Below, one piece after another: positions 1 to 13,800 of a stretch of 64,000 nt of DNA. A program made the position numbers and the translations under genes. Origin of the DNA: Lingula anatina (lineage: Eukaryota; Animalia; Brachiopoda); NCBI GenBank assembly GCA_051362555.1, contig CM120640.1:52058788-52122787 (forward strand), written 5' to 3'. Within the stretch, counting starts at the first letter, position 1. The number at the start of each line of letters is the position of its first letter. The notes beneath the pieces are model-generated. The model was given only the letters and a program-made list of their open reading frames with translations. It had not been told where the DNA came from and did not search any database.

Positions 1-223
1 ATTTCCAGCTGTAATCGCTGCTGCGTTGACCCTCTGCACACTCCAATGCACCATTAGTGTCAGTAGCAAAAGCAAGTAAAATATTGCTTGTGGTCAAGCG
101 ATCTTCAATCACACTTAACCTTCTCTCGTTCACGGACAAAGACACAATTGAAAAAAGAGAAATAAACAAAACGCACGCCGTTAGATTCATTTTCATTTCC
201 GTGATCTTCTCAATGTTTTTCAT
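1..223 (-). CDS. Possible first coding exon of a divergently transcribed gene running off the left edge (MKNIEKITEMKMNLTACVLFISLFSIVSLSVNERR...), signal-peptide-like N-terminus
   Basis: Frame open for 74 codons from ATG 223-221 to the window edge; hydrophobic stretch ACVLFISLFSIVSLS; lies in the CpG-rich region. No recognised homology. Confidence 0.3.
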   Translation of the reverse strand, partial: MKNIEKITEMKMNLTACVLFISLFSIVSLSVNERRLSVIEDRLTTSNILLAFATDTNGALECAEGQRSSDYSWK

Positions 224-224
224 T

Positions 225-594
225 ATCACGTGGAGTAGCTCAGGGTGAAAGGTTGACCTTGCTTAACCTAGATTCTGTCCAATCAGCTTTGTCTATTTTT
301 TAACTGCATCGTATTTTCTCGGCTGCTAACAAAAAATATAAAAAACTATTCGGTTTAAATATGAGAATTGTGTGCTTCTGAAAATTTTAGTATTAATTAT
401 ATTACAAACAATTTTTTCCTGTCATCAACAAAGTAAATGTGATCACTTGTATGTTCTTAAATTTATCCAACCGGCGAGCTCGGCCTTACCCTCTTGACAT
501 ATGGCGCTAGGGGCAAGTGCCTGTAGGTGTTTCTCCTAGAACATTTGGGTTTTTTGTGGATTCCAGTGGTCTTGTTGCATCAAGCACGGTAAGT
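225..594. promoter_or_regulatory. CpG-rich, probably bidirectional promoter with a putative non-coding first exon of the + strand gene (about 480-588)
   Basis: CACGTG E-box (227-232), TGACCTTG (255-262), CCAATCAG (279-286), ATGGCG YY1-like core (501-506), strong donor ACG|GTAAGT at 589; local CpG enrichment against a depleted background. Confidence 0.5.
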
Positions 595-1655
595 TTCACA
601 CATTTGCTCATATTCTCTCATCATAAGTACGAAGAATGCCACAATCTGTGAGTTCAAGCAATTAAAGTCATTTTGACTTCATGACCCAGTTTTGCGTGGC
701 CATGGGTCAATTTCACATTCCAGTTGTTGTGTACAAAACCTGCGTGATGTAGACTTCATTGATGCAGAGATATGTTTTCTTCTTGGATTACATTTGCTGC
801 CTGTTTAAGTTATAGCGAGTGTACATTACTGTTAATACAGCTATTTATTTGGCGTCTTCACAACGGTTAAAGCAGATATTTAAAACAATAACTTGAAAAT
901 GATTGTTTTTATACATTTCGGAAAAAAAACTAACATTGGAAGAAGTATAAACATACATATTACGTCTTCATGTCCTTTAAACTTCTCAGGATATATATCC
1001 TGTGAGAGACAAGAGGACGGTATTGATAAAATATTGCTTGGCTTTTATTTAAAACAGGTTTTTAATGGAGGTACATCGATTTAACCTCTGGTTTTTATAT
1101 TAATTAATGAAAGTTATAGTCATGTGTATGCTTCTCAAGACGCAAAAACAAAAGCCTGTGGGGATCTTAGCTATAAACCAAAGTCTTGTGGGTAAGCATA
1201 AAGTTAAGCAAGATTTTGTAGGATATGATTAACAGTGGGGTCATAAATAATGGACAGAGAGAGGTGCAGCAACAAATAAAAACTGCCAGATCATACACCG
1301 ATATTTTTCTGATTGTTTATCTCTGAATTTCAGTCTTATTACAGTCTGTTGCAGCACATTTGAAAAAGTTGTCAATTTTATATTGATGACATTCCCAGAA
1401 TGAGGTGTCTCACCCTTACGGCTTAAAAGATAACCCCAAAAATTATCGCATGGTTTCTTGTCTTGTATGATATCATGCAGTTTTAGGCTGTCTGAGATGA
1501 TCCCCATTCCAAGTGATAGAAATAAGTTTCTTATCATTTTTTTCATGCCACATCACAATATCTAGCTCCAGGACGAGAAGAATACAACTGTAAATAACTA
1601 ATTGTTTTAAAAGAAAGAGAGAAATTAGCTCATTTATCATAAGATTAATCACCTA

Positions 1656-1872
1656 TACTGTAAAGTGAGATAACCGTCCTTAGGATTTTTCAGCTTCAAA
1701 CTAATTGTAACTTGTAACTTTGTGATGATTAATATCAGCAAGAAACCATGTTTCGTTTTAGCAAACTTATGAATCAGAATAATTATTGATATATTGATTC
1801 ATATTTACTTGAAAACAAAATCCCCTTCTTTGTCTTCTTAAGCATTTGTTGACAAAAACAGTTTTTACAGTA
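1656..1872. mobile_element. Possible decayed MITE (TACTGTAAA...TTTACAGTA ends)
   Basis: Only a 9-bp inverted match, including the TA ends; interior not palindromic. Confidence 0.2.
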
Positions 1873-4800
1873 AAATTTTCATTCAGAATATGCATGCTCA
1901 ATTCCATTAACTAGATGAAAGTGTTGCCCCTTTCATTCTTATCTTATGTGATTCTTATCTATGATTAAATGGCTTGTATCTCTTGTCTCTTGTTAATGAA
2001 CCATAAGACAGATGTTTCTATCCTGCTAGCATATCAATTTTTAAAGAACTGACAGCATTATACAATGCTACATGTACAGGTAGGATATGAGAAAGTCATT
2101 AACAACTGTGATAATTTAAACTGTTGCATGATTAATGAAACACTGACGAATGTACCTCATTATCATGCATCACTCTTGGACACATTTGGAGTACCAAGAA
2201 TGGTAGTGCATTGCCCTTTTAGATAACATGCTGAATATGTGCATGAACAGCCTTGGGTGGGGGTAAAATGTAATGCATTTAATAAACTGTAAGATTGTAA
2301 TCTCCCTGGTCTTAGGTCTAGAAAATTTTCTATGAGGAATTAAAACATAGCTCCAAGTGGTATGGTGTCAAAGGCCCTTTCTCTCACCAAGTGGGAGAAA
2401 AGATAAGGCCAAAAGATTATTTTGCTTGCCTTGCCTCTTTTTTTATAATGCTAGATCTGCCAGTGCTATGTATATCTTTTGAATGATAAGGACCATTGAT
2501 ACCACCCATACCTATTTATCAGTTTTGATACAATTATCTTAAAGATAATTTTTTTTTTTAACATCTTACTGAATATAGTTTGGATGCTATAATGAAATAT
2601 TGCCAAAATAAGATATTGCTTAGAATTTTCAGCAAGGTATAATATGTGATAATGCTGAAATTGTCAGCAAACTATAAAAAATCTCATGGTTAATGAAGAC
2701 ACCCCACACTGTCACTCCCACCCTCACCTAACTTTCCCCAAGCACATAAAAGGGTTTTTAGTATTAGTTGCCTAATATACGTTGTTCTGATTTATAAAAA
2801 ATGCAGTGAACTGCAAGCCTGAAACATTTGTCATTCCCAAGGGAATCATGGGGAATCTACACTATCAAATACAAAAGAACCATTTTATGATTTTGGCATC
2901 AGAAGAGCAAAAATCCCTGATGTAATGGGCAGTATTATATCATCTGCAGCATCACTGTATCAAGTGTGAAGCTCAAAATTGTCCTTTAAATTTGTTTGAA
3001 AGACTGCTATTCATTTGTCGGAACTACACTTAATGGCATACACTATAAACATTTTACTGAAGAAATTCATTTTTGATCAGCACTTGAAGTTCTCGGGCAA
3101 TATGCTGCAAAGGAGAAGTATACGCTTTATAAAAAGGGAATGAAAAGATTAAGATCACAAAATTGCAATAAAAGGTTTCTTAAAGAATCGCAAAATACAG
3201 GGTGTTTTTGTCTAATATTATGTGGAGACCATATCAAAGAGGAAACAGTAGAAGTCATCTTCCTGCTTGAGCTACATCTGGTAGTTAGCTGAGATTTAAG
3301 ATGGTATCTTGAGCCCACTTAACCCTGGGAGCAAGGTGGTCAGACCTGTGGTTAAATTATGACTATTCCATTAGACTGGGTCAGCAATAACTTCCTGAAG
3401 TAATTTATTACTGCTGTGAAATACATTCTACACCACTATTCACTTCTTACACAAGAGTTAAGGGTGCTTACAGGCATTTTCTAGCCATGAATGTGCTGCA
3501 TGTGGTATGTAGTTGTTAACAAGGAAATTAAAGAGTTACAACACGGCTGGTGTAAGAACCCCTCCCCCTTCTAAAGAAACTGCTCAGTCCCCCCCAGGCT
3601 TGTCACTTTTGATACATATCAGGTATAATTTAGGCATACATAAACTTCTCTGTCCATTATCAATGCTGAAAAACTTATGAATGGTTCTAGTTATCTGAAT
3701 TTCAAAACAAGGTGATTAAAGTGAAAAATTTGGCAAAATGTTTGTGTGTAATATTACAAAATTGAAAAGTTTAGTAAAAATAAAATATGTGATTCTCTTT
3801 GTCAGTGGGCTACAGGTCACAAGGTCCTAGGTTGGATGAGGAGGAAATCAATTTATGTTGGAGCATTCCTAAAAGTTTGAATTGAAATGGACTAATCTTG
3901 TGAAGACTCAAACTTCCTTTTAACTCAGGCTTCAAATTGTTATTTTTTAAAGCACTGGCATAAGGGCAGTGTATTTTTTATTTAAGTCAGAGTCCTATTA
4001 AAACCAACACATATATACTAATGATACAAGGTCAAGCTTGATCTAGCCTCATAAAGCCTCATTGCCGTTTTTAACTTGATACCACGAATTAGTGATTTCA
4101 GTAGCTGAATTATTAACTTCATACTGTGAAATGATATTCTGACCTTAAGAACACTGACTCAGAGCAATTGCATTATGCTATGTTTTGTCCAGCTTTTATT
4201 TGGGTATTTTGCTGTTCACACATGGGTTCTTTTTGTCTCCTTGCTATTTCCAATATGGCAGAAAATGTGAGGAATTGCACATTATAGTTATCAGAGATTC
4301 ATAGTCACGTAGAGAAACATTTTTCCTTTCTCTATTAATAAGCAAATGGATAAACTTCTTAATATTACACCAAGATATAGTAAGGTGGCCTGCATACTAT
4401 TGTGGGAATGTGGAGGTGAAAAGTGATATTAATTGTCATGCTCACTGAATCAGTGCTGATTGCAGTAGGAGTATTGCACTCTTGGTAATCTCTGGGACAG
4501 TGTGTTGAATGGGCAGGTGGGGGGGGACTTATGGTCCGAAGTCAAGAATGCGATGCTCTCTGTATTGATACAATTTGAACATTAAATTGCAGTTTAAATA
4601 CATAAATTTAGCACTTTTTTAAGTTATCTGATTTAGGGCAATTTTGTTTATAAATCCTGTTGATTAATACATGTGAAAATTAAGAACCACATCTTTTTTT
4701 AGACATTTTTCATTATTTTAATGTATAATAGTGTGCAATTTTCATATTATTTGTATATTAACCTGTAGCATTATGAAGATCTCATTTGGATTAAATTTTG

Positions 4801-7800
4801 ACTGATAGGTGGCAGTATTTTAGGTTTTTTTTTTTTTTTTTGTCAGTTCTGTGTCTGTTGATAACCCTGTTTAAAGAAAAGCAAGTTCTTTTATACAAGT
4901 ATTAATGATGAGTTTATTTTCCAGTTAATCAGACATGAGACTCAACATGTTAAGCAATCAGCTGTGTTTAGCATTGTTCCCAAATTATAAACCTAGACAG
5001 GTTCATTGTTTGGAAGTGCTCGAGGCTTGTGGCACAGTCATATAATTTGGGGGTAAATGTGGGCTTCCATTTCACCTGTGGAGCAATGGGGGAGCAACAC
5101 TGTTCCCTTATGCTCTCTATTTTTGTTGGCATTTATAGATTTATGCCAATTCTGGCAGATATAACTATATGAACCTTATACACAGGCATGACATAGAACT
5201 GCTAGAAAGTGACATCTGTTATGTTCAGTGCTGCAAAGCATGTTGGATGAGTACAGGACAGTAAATGTCCGTCAATGTTTTACACAGCACCCATAATTAA
5301 ATCCTGACCTTGGGTTTTTGTTTCTGTATTAAACTGTGGTTTGATTTCCGTTTTAATTTTATGGGAGTAGAGTTAAACCATCGCCAGTGCTGTGTACATA
5401 TTTTCACATTTATTGATTTAAGGTTGAAAATTGTTTGGGTTCCTTTGGCTTCCTTTCTATATAATTCAGCTGTTGAGCCGTACATTGAGCAAATTGTGTG
5501 AAATTCAAGTTCCTTCCAGCAGTACTACAAATTAGCAAGAATTCCTTTTGCATCCAGCTGTTGTTTTTGAAAAGTTTCTGTCGGCTGGTTCAGTTGTCAG
5601 TCAAGGTTACCACTGGTATGGGATTAATTTCCCTCTTTGTTTAGAATATCTTTTAAATTGTTGACACAATACCAAAATATCATAACTTAATGGTAGTGTG
5701 TTTGGATATTGTCTGAGTCATAACTCTTCATGCATTAAACAAAGATGATTACAGATTGCCAGGAGTGCTCTATGGGATAGTATAAAAGCTGTTGGAAAGT
5801 TCAGCGTGTTCCCACTCAGAAATTATCAAGTTGCATGTGAGCATGAAAAAAGTAATGAAGACAAAGGCATAAAGCACTTGATCAAGATCCTGAATTGTTC
5901 AAAAGATGAAAGTCAATCATGACGCACAATGTCAAATCTGATTATAACACAAATGTTAAAAAAATTAGATGAGCCATGCTATCTGGTGTCATGAAAAGTA
6001 GGTTATATTTTGTTACAGTTACAAAAGAACGCAAAAAATAATTTGTTTTTATTCTATATCATGTAATTTGCCATCTCTTCTGTCAGTGATATTGAATAGC
6101 AGGTCATTCTGGTAAAATGTTTCTGAGCCTTTCAGAGGTCTATGTAACTTGATATGTGGGTTTTATTTTTGTGGTTTGGTTGAATGAAACATATTTGGTA
6201 ATAATTGCAGTTTTCTTTCATCCTTTCAAGTAGCAAAAGTTGTACTCACCATTTCTTTTTTTTTTTTTAAACATAAATTTGAGTATTTACTAGAATACTA
6301 GACCTAAATGCTCATGATTTTGGTCTCTTTTGCTTCCTTGTGAATCATATGAATTGAATATAGTCTGTAGTCTGAAATTAAAAAAAAAAGAAAATTTTCC
6401 AGAATCACTCCCTTGTGCAGTTTTACTTTTCCACTACACTTTCCTAATTATTTATCCCAGATTTTGCCTGAAATTTTCAAAATGTCAGAAGATAATTAAG
6501 TGATGTGGCATTTAGCTTCCAACCCTGGGCCACTAGCATTTAGATCGTAATGTATATAAAGGGAAGAAATGTAACACTGCCTGGCCTTCCGCCATTTATG
6601 AAACCTGCATGGAATTTGCTTCATTCACAGTAGCTTACTCCAAAAACTGCAGGCAAAACATTAGGGTTTTCAGGAGCCTATTGACTGGTCATCTACGTGG
6701 CATCTTTTCACTACATTGCTTATGTAAGTGTTCAAGATTTGTATTGGCTATAACAATAACTAGTTAAATTTACTGCTGAGAAAATGAGATTAATGATTTT
6801 GAAAAAGGTCATCAGCAGAGGATTGGAACTGACCTATTCTTCTACCTGATCATAGGCAGTTTCTTCATCTCTCATATGACCCTGGTTGTGGTAGATATGT
6901 ATCAGTAGTTTGCTTTTGCATATCAGGTAGCATTTATGTATGGAGATCTCTGCTTGGATGTTAATGCAATAGAGTTTTGAAAGCCAGTGGGAGACAAACC
7001 TTTTGAACTCAATCTGGTGGCATTTGCTTGAAAATTCTCAACATCCCATTACTCTTGTCACACACATAGGAGACACAGGTGACAGGCTTGTTACTGTACT
7101 CATTTTCTGAGCTCAAATGATGGGTGCGCTTTAGGGTGAGTTGGTAATCATATCTAGCATTCATGCACACATGTCACGCTTGCTCAGTCATTGCTGCTCC
7201 TGGTTGTACATAGTGGCAGCAGGCTGCAGCTGACATTAACTGGGTCAAAAAGGTATGGTGTGATCATCAGCCTCTCAGGTGAAGAACACTGTGGGGACAG
7301 ACTTCTACATCAGAGGTCGTTCACAGCTTGTCAGTACCATAGAATTGATAGTAATATTGTTGGTTCTTTTCTAGCAAATTGGTAAAGTTGGTTATCATCT
7401 GTCCACTTAAGGATGTACATTATCAAGAATGTTTTAAATGGGTATGTGTTTATAGGTCTTGAGAGTCAGCGAGCTAAAGTCAATTTTTGTGAAAGGATTG
7501 GGAAATGATGTTACATCTGTTCAGAACATAAAATGCATGATACGGGCTATATAGAAAATGGTCTGCACATAATGTTGACACCTGCCACCAATATTGTAGC
7601 TTCATGTATCCTTGAAAATGATGGTAAACTTAATCCTGAGCAAACCTTTGGCTTTCATTTTGTTGTTAGGTCATGAAAAGCCAAATTTCTATATAAAGTA
7701 GTGAGTGTAGAATTTTGTGAGATTTTCTTGTTGTTTCAGTACTGTTTGGTTAAAGAAAAAATATATATTATGAATATTAGTACTTATTCCACTTTATAGC

Positions 7801-10800
7801 GATTTTGAAAATCCATTGTGTAGTTGCGTACTTATGGTGGTAGTCGAACAAAGAAGAGTCTTGTTTTTTTATGGAAATTTCAAACAAATTTTTTTTTTAA
7901 ATTCATACATCTAATTACTGCATCAGTCTCTTGTCATGGTTGGTTCCACATCATAGTCTCCTTGATCTTATCATAGAGACTGAAGCAACTGAATGCACAA
8001 TTATGCTCCAATATAGTAGCCTGCAGTCAGAAAGACATATAAGCCCTTTAAGTGGATTGCCACATCAAAATGATTAAACTATCGGAATAAATCTTTATTA
8101 TTCCCATTGACTGCTCAATAATAAAATCTCAATACTGATCATGACTGGGACCCACACTCATGTAGGCCAAGTGAGGAAATCAACAGGATTGAAGGTAAAT
8201 ATTAGTTGAAAGGAACAGATCTTAGGTGAACCAACATACAACGTAATCAGCTAAAGTGACAGGGAGAATAGAAAGCTGATCAACTCATTTGATTTCAGGG
8301 GAAATATTGTGCAACATTAACACACTGAAGTTGAATTATAAAGTATAGTGCCGCCAGTCCATTTAGGGGTGCTTTGTTCAAAATACATTGTGTCTGCTTA
8401 CTACCTTTAGCAACTGTTATTTTTACATGAAATTTACTTCTTGAGCTTGATTGCAAGTGTGTGAAATTGTAAGCGCTTGGCGTTATTGTGTGGAACAAAG
8501 ACGTGTGCAAACTAGTGGCAAGGAAAGTGCTGATAAAATTACATGACTTGCTCGCAATTCACATTGACTGAGCAAGAGCCTATTTGATTATTAAAATGAG
8601 ATTGTGTTGTGACTGCAAACACCAAATTTACAAAGCTTTTCACAAGTTTTGAAATGCCTGTGCAAAAAGCTAAAAGGTAGGTGAGTGAACACACAAGGAG
8701 AGAACATAATGTATATGGAGGCACACAGACTCCCTTAGCTTTTGGAATTAAATCAAACAGGCCAGAAACGGGAGATTACTTGTTCACAGACTTGGTGTAC
8801 TATTTCAGACTCAAAACCGAGTGCAAGTTACCAATGAAGTTGCCCAAGAACTACCAGTGAACAGAAGAAGGCAGGACGTAGAACTGGGAAGTACAGACAT
8901 CTAGGAAACACAAGTAACAAAGGTCAGTAGTTAGTTCATTGAAGAAAAAAAATATGATTTTGAATATGATGTATAATATTAAATTTGATTTGTCTATAGT
9001 ATGCCTAGACAAAAAAATACAGAAGGCCAAATGCATTATGCGGCTGTATAGTTACAAGTCCAGAATACTTTTTATTGATCTCCTTTTTTTTATGGGACTG
9101 TGAGTCATAAAAATGCACTGTACACTTGATCAAGACATTTAGCAGTTGAGAGATTTTGCTCACTTGCTTTGCCCAAATCAAGATATACATTTCTTTTTCT
9201 CATAGCAATGATTCCATAGCCTTTGTAGCAGTCATAAAATGATACTCAAAAAAATATTGATAAAAAGGCGGTTCATTTTTCAGCATGACAGGTTTATTGT
9301 CCTGCATTGTAAAGCCTGGTATACTTTTGATAACCCAAGTAGCAAACATGATCGGTTGGTTTTAAAGTGAGCTTGTGCACAAAATGTTTTTAAAAGTGGA
9401 ACACAGCCATTTTTTTAAAATACAAGTCTCTTTATTTATAACCAAAGTATTTACAACATCATTGATATTATTTTGTTTTGATAAAGATTACTTGTTCCAC
9501 ATAAGTCAATCATGTTTAAGCCATATTGTCTAAACAATTGCCACACATGGAAAAAAACTAGGTCCTTACTTGCATTTCTCGAATACAGGAATCTTGTTCT
9601 TTATTTTGACACTACTCATAAACTGCAAAGTTTCTGTGTTGATAGCATGAAGTGTTCTGATGAAACAACTCCACAAAGACATTAGCGTGGGAACTAGGGT
9701 AATGCATCATACATGACCATGAGAGCATGTCTATCTTACATCACTACAAGGAGAAAATGCACACTTTTAATTAATCCCTGTGGAAAAAATAGAGGGAAGC
9801 CACATTAAAATCTGTGTGGGCAAATTGCAACAAAATGTTGCAAGAGTTTGATCTGTTTCAGCTGTGCTCGTAATTCATCTCATAATTACATCTGTCTGGA
9901 GCACAGATTTAAACACAGAAAAGCATTCAAGGGGATTCCTTGTGATATTTCTTAATCTCTGAGAGCATGTCAGTCTGCTCGCCATAGGAGCCAATATATA
10001 TAGAGCATAGGTTGACAGAAATGGTGTACTCGAAGACACACCTCGTGCTTTTCAGGCGTGTTGGGTTTCCACAATGTACTTAACTTTGCCCTAACACAAC
10101 ATTTGCCAATTTACCAAGTAGGCATTTCATCAGGAGCAGTGTAATTTGATGCAGGCAAGAAGTTCTAAAGCCACATTCCTCCCACTGAAAGGGTGTGAAG
10201 CTAGACTGAATGCTTGGACAATATGAACAAGACTTGCACATACACAGAGAGTAGTAGTAATTCACAAATGGCATTGATAAACAGTGTTGTTTACAAAGCA
10301 TAAAAAGAACCTATATGATCAGCAAATTGTAGGAACAGGTGGAGCTCCTGTGTGCAGTTGAATTTCTAGTTCTTTAAACATGGCTTCATGTTACCTAGCC
10401 ATGGATTTTTTTCGGGTTTTGCTGGCATTGAAGTGACCATGCATTGGCATTGTTCTTCCCTTAAAGCTTTGTTCCTTCCTTGGGCTATCTTTTGATAAAG
10501 TAAGAAAATCTTTCCAAACAGTAGGAGTCAAATGCCAGTCAGATCACAAAGCTTGCTTTGTTGACTTCTCACACTGGTCATGTTTCTTTTTATTGGGTGC
10601 AGAAATAGAATTGGAGATGGATTTATATGGTTATCACGTCTGTGACATTCTAGTGCTAAGTAAATACTGCTGCATGGGGTTGGAGAAAAGTTAGTCAGAA
10701 ACAGCAGCCAGTGTAGTGCTCCAGCTTAATACATGTCCTTGCATTTGTTATAGGTAGGTGTGGTATGAGAACTGTGTCCTCTTTGGATTGTTTAGTGTGT

Positions 10801-13800
10801 TTGTGCTAATGGAAAATGTTGCCTGGATTTCCACATGGCCCAAGAATTAATTGGCTTGAGTTTATCCCCTTTTACAAATCTCAAGTAACCTATATATTTG
10901 TTTTGCATCAGAATCCTGTAGTAAAACAAATTTACACAGCTTCCCCCTTGGCTGGTGTGGGGATTTGGGAAATGGACTGATTATTTTTGTTGATGACCAA
11001 TAGGCCTTTACTTAAACCTGGCATGATATGAAGAGCATACATACTTAATTAGTTCAACCTTTCAATTAACAATATCACCACTGTTGGAAAGTCCCAGAGG
11101 AGTTTTGGAGTTAAAAATCTATTCGTTAATCATTTAATGAATATTTAACAGTTGCCCCTTGTCCAAGTCTTGGAATATTAGGTGGTAAAGGCTGTCCTTT
11201 TATGTTGAGCTGTAATCATTGGCTCTCTAGCAGTGGGGCATTTATGCAGCAGGACACATGGAAAAAGACCTTAACTGTCAGGTAAAATGAGATTTGATCA
11301 GGTCAGAATGGATTATAATGCACACTTGATGGTGTTAAATAGCTGCTGATCCATTCTGTTATGCAATATGTGTGTTGATTTGCAGCTGAAGGCACTGTTG
11401 GATGGCTGATGGGCATGGCTGGCCTGATGAAATGATCAGTTATTGTTTTCTTGATAGGAGGTATGAAGCATTAAAGGGAGTGGGGCCTCCATATGATAAT
11501 GTGTAAGAAAAGATAAAGCACAGGTGGAATATGAGCAGTTGATAGTTATGCATGGCAATTTATGCCTCGAGTGTGGAATAGAAGGGATTATATGATATAT
11601 GAGGTAAGGTATAGAGAAGATGGGAGATATGTATCTGCCGAAACAGGAGGCATTTTGTGATGTGCACCTCTGCATATGAATGAATTAATTTTCCAGTCAT
11701 GTTAGTATGAAGAAAGGTACTTCTGTGCGTGCACTTTAATTTATACTCAGTTTAGCCATTACCGCTTTTATCTTCAATACAAAAACAGCCATTATACTGA
11801 AATCACCTTTCTAGTCAAGTTGTGAAAGCTTAAGGTAGAGTTAACTGTCATGGCAGAACATCTTATTAAGGTTTCTAACCATGAATAGGAAGATATCCAA
11901 TCCCTCGGTTGTCCCGCTTATTAACCACCTTGACTGAAAATGAGGCTAAAGACAATTTCAGTGTTTTTCACTTTTGAAAATGGTAAAAGCCAGCAATGAA
12001 TTTGGTGACCAACAGCATAATCCCATTTATCATACTAACACTGACTTTTTTGTTGAACATGATAATATTTATGCCAACAACCCATAGAAAGAATAATAAA
12101 ATTAACTTCCATTTTATATCCAAACTATATGAAAAGTCCATTTTATTTGATCTTATGTGCTGTAATCCTGTCTTTGCAACTTGTTGTAAAGTAAGCAAGG
12201 TCAAGCTTCAAATTTAATGACTTGTAAATTGGTTCTTATAGGGCAAAGAAAGCAGCCCTTTTTCTAGATTTATTAAATATAAATAAAGCAATTTTTCGGA
12301 CCAATTAGCATTACATGCAGTGTTTTAGCCATCTCATTCAAAATTAGAAAAGAATAAAAAAATAAAAAAATAAATTTGAAATCTGAAGTGTAGGCTTTCT
12401 GTGGAATGATATAGTAAATTTACGGTACCAAGCACATTTTTAAGTACTGGTTTTGTAGGAGGACTTTCTTGAAGGGACGTCACTGGATGAAAGCTGATAT
12501 TTAGAATAGAAAATGTAATAAAGATCGGTATTGATTCAGTAGTTCTGGTCAATTATCCATAATTATTACTTTAAAATGATACAGAAATTTAGATGAATAA
12601 CTTGTCTATAATACAAAAACTCATTGATTTTTGGTAGCAAATTGCAAATTTATACTTGCCAGAGCCTGTTTTTGACACGGACTAGACAAACTTCAAGATC
12701 AAAGGGCCAGAGTACAAGTAATATATCTGACCTGTTTGTTGAACATAAAAAAAAGTATTTATCAAGGTCACCAAAACATCAACTTGTCAGATAAGGCACC
12801 ATTTTGTCTGAGCTTTTGCCAACTTGTGACATTGTGTATTGCAGACTTTTTATTGTATTTCGATGAAAATTTACAATTTAACACAGGCTGGTTTTTGCAA
12901 TTGTATTTTATTTGTTAATTTAGTTTTTTGTTTCTCTATTGATCGAGTAAAGTACACAGTGGATTAGTATTTGACATCGTCTCCACACATGTGCCTACCA
13001 TTGATCTAAATGCTCTGTCATACTTATTTTTTTCGTGGTAACAAGTTCCAGATGTTGAATGTATATAAAGGTTGGATAAAAATAATTCAATGTTTTATTT
13101 GATAGCAAAAAATTTTCCATGATACATTACAGTTCTATCATTGCACCAGAATAATTGTTTTGTTTTTTTTGAGTTTCTATAATTTCCATGATGTAACATT
13201 AGGTACCAGCATCCCTGAATGGGTATTTGGATCATGACCAGTGCAAAAAATGATAACAAACACATGATGAATATGAGGTCACAGCTTTGCAGGGTGTCAA
13301 ATCATGAGTGAAGCTTTTAGCAAATCCATTAGATTTTACATTGGAAACATGTTCTGTTTTCATGAAGAATTCCATTTGTGCGTAATGGCGTCCCCTCTGG
13401 CTGTGGAGAATGATTTTTTCTCTATTGCAAATGCTCTTCATTGGTTTCTGCCACTAATTAAGCAGTGTTTCAAAGCTCAATCGCACCCAATCTCCGTCCT
13501 AGGCATTGTAGGGTTCAGTTTGGCAGGTTAAATTTTAACCGAATGACTTTCTGGAGTAACCTTGGTTTAATAAAAAAATAACCAATTTAATACAGTGCAA
13601 GCATATGGTTTGCATTTTTGTAGGCAGATAAGGGAACTACATATATATCCATCAGGTTGTGTAGGCCAAGTGACATAATATACTTGTAAAAAGAACCCTG
13701 TTAAGAGATCTGGTTTGTTTTTGTTGACTGAGTAGAAGGTAGACTTGTTTAAAGAAAGATAAAGCTTCATCAGGAAAGGTAGGTACAATTTGACAAGGTG

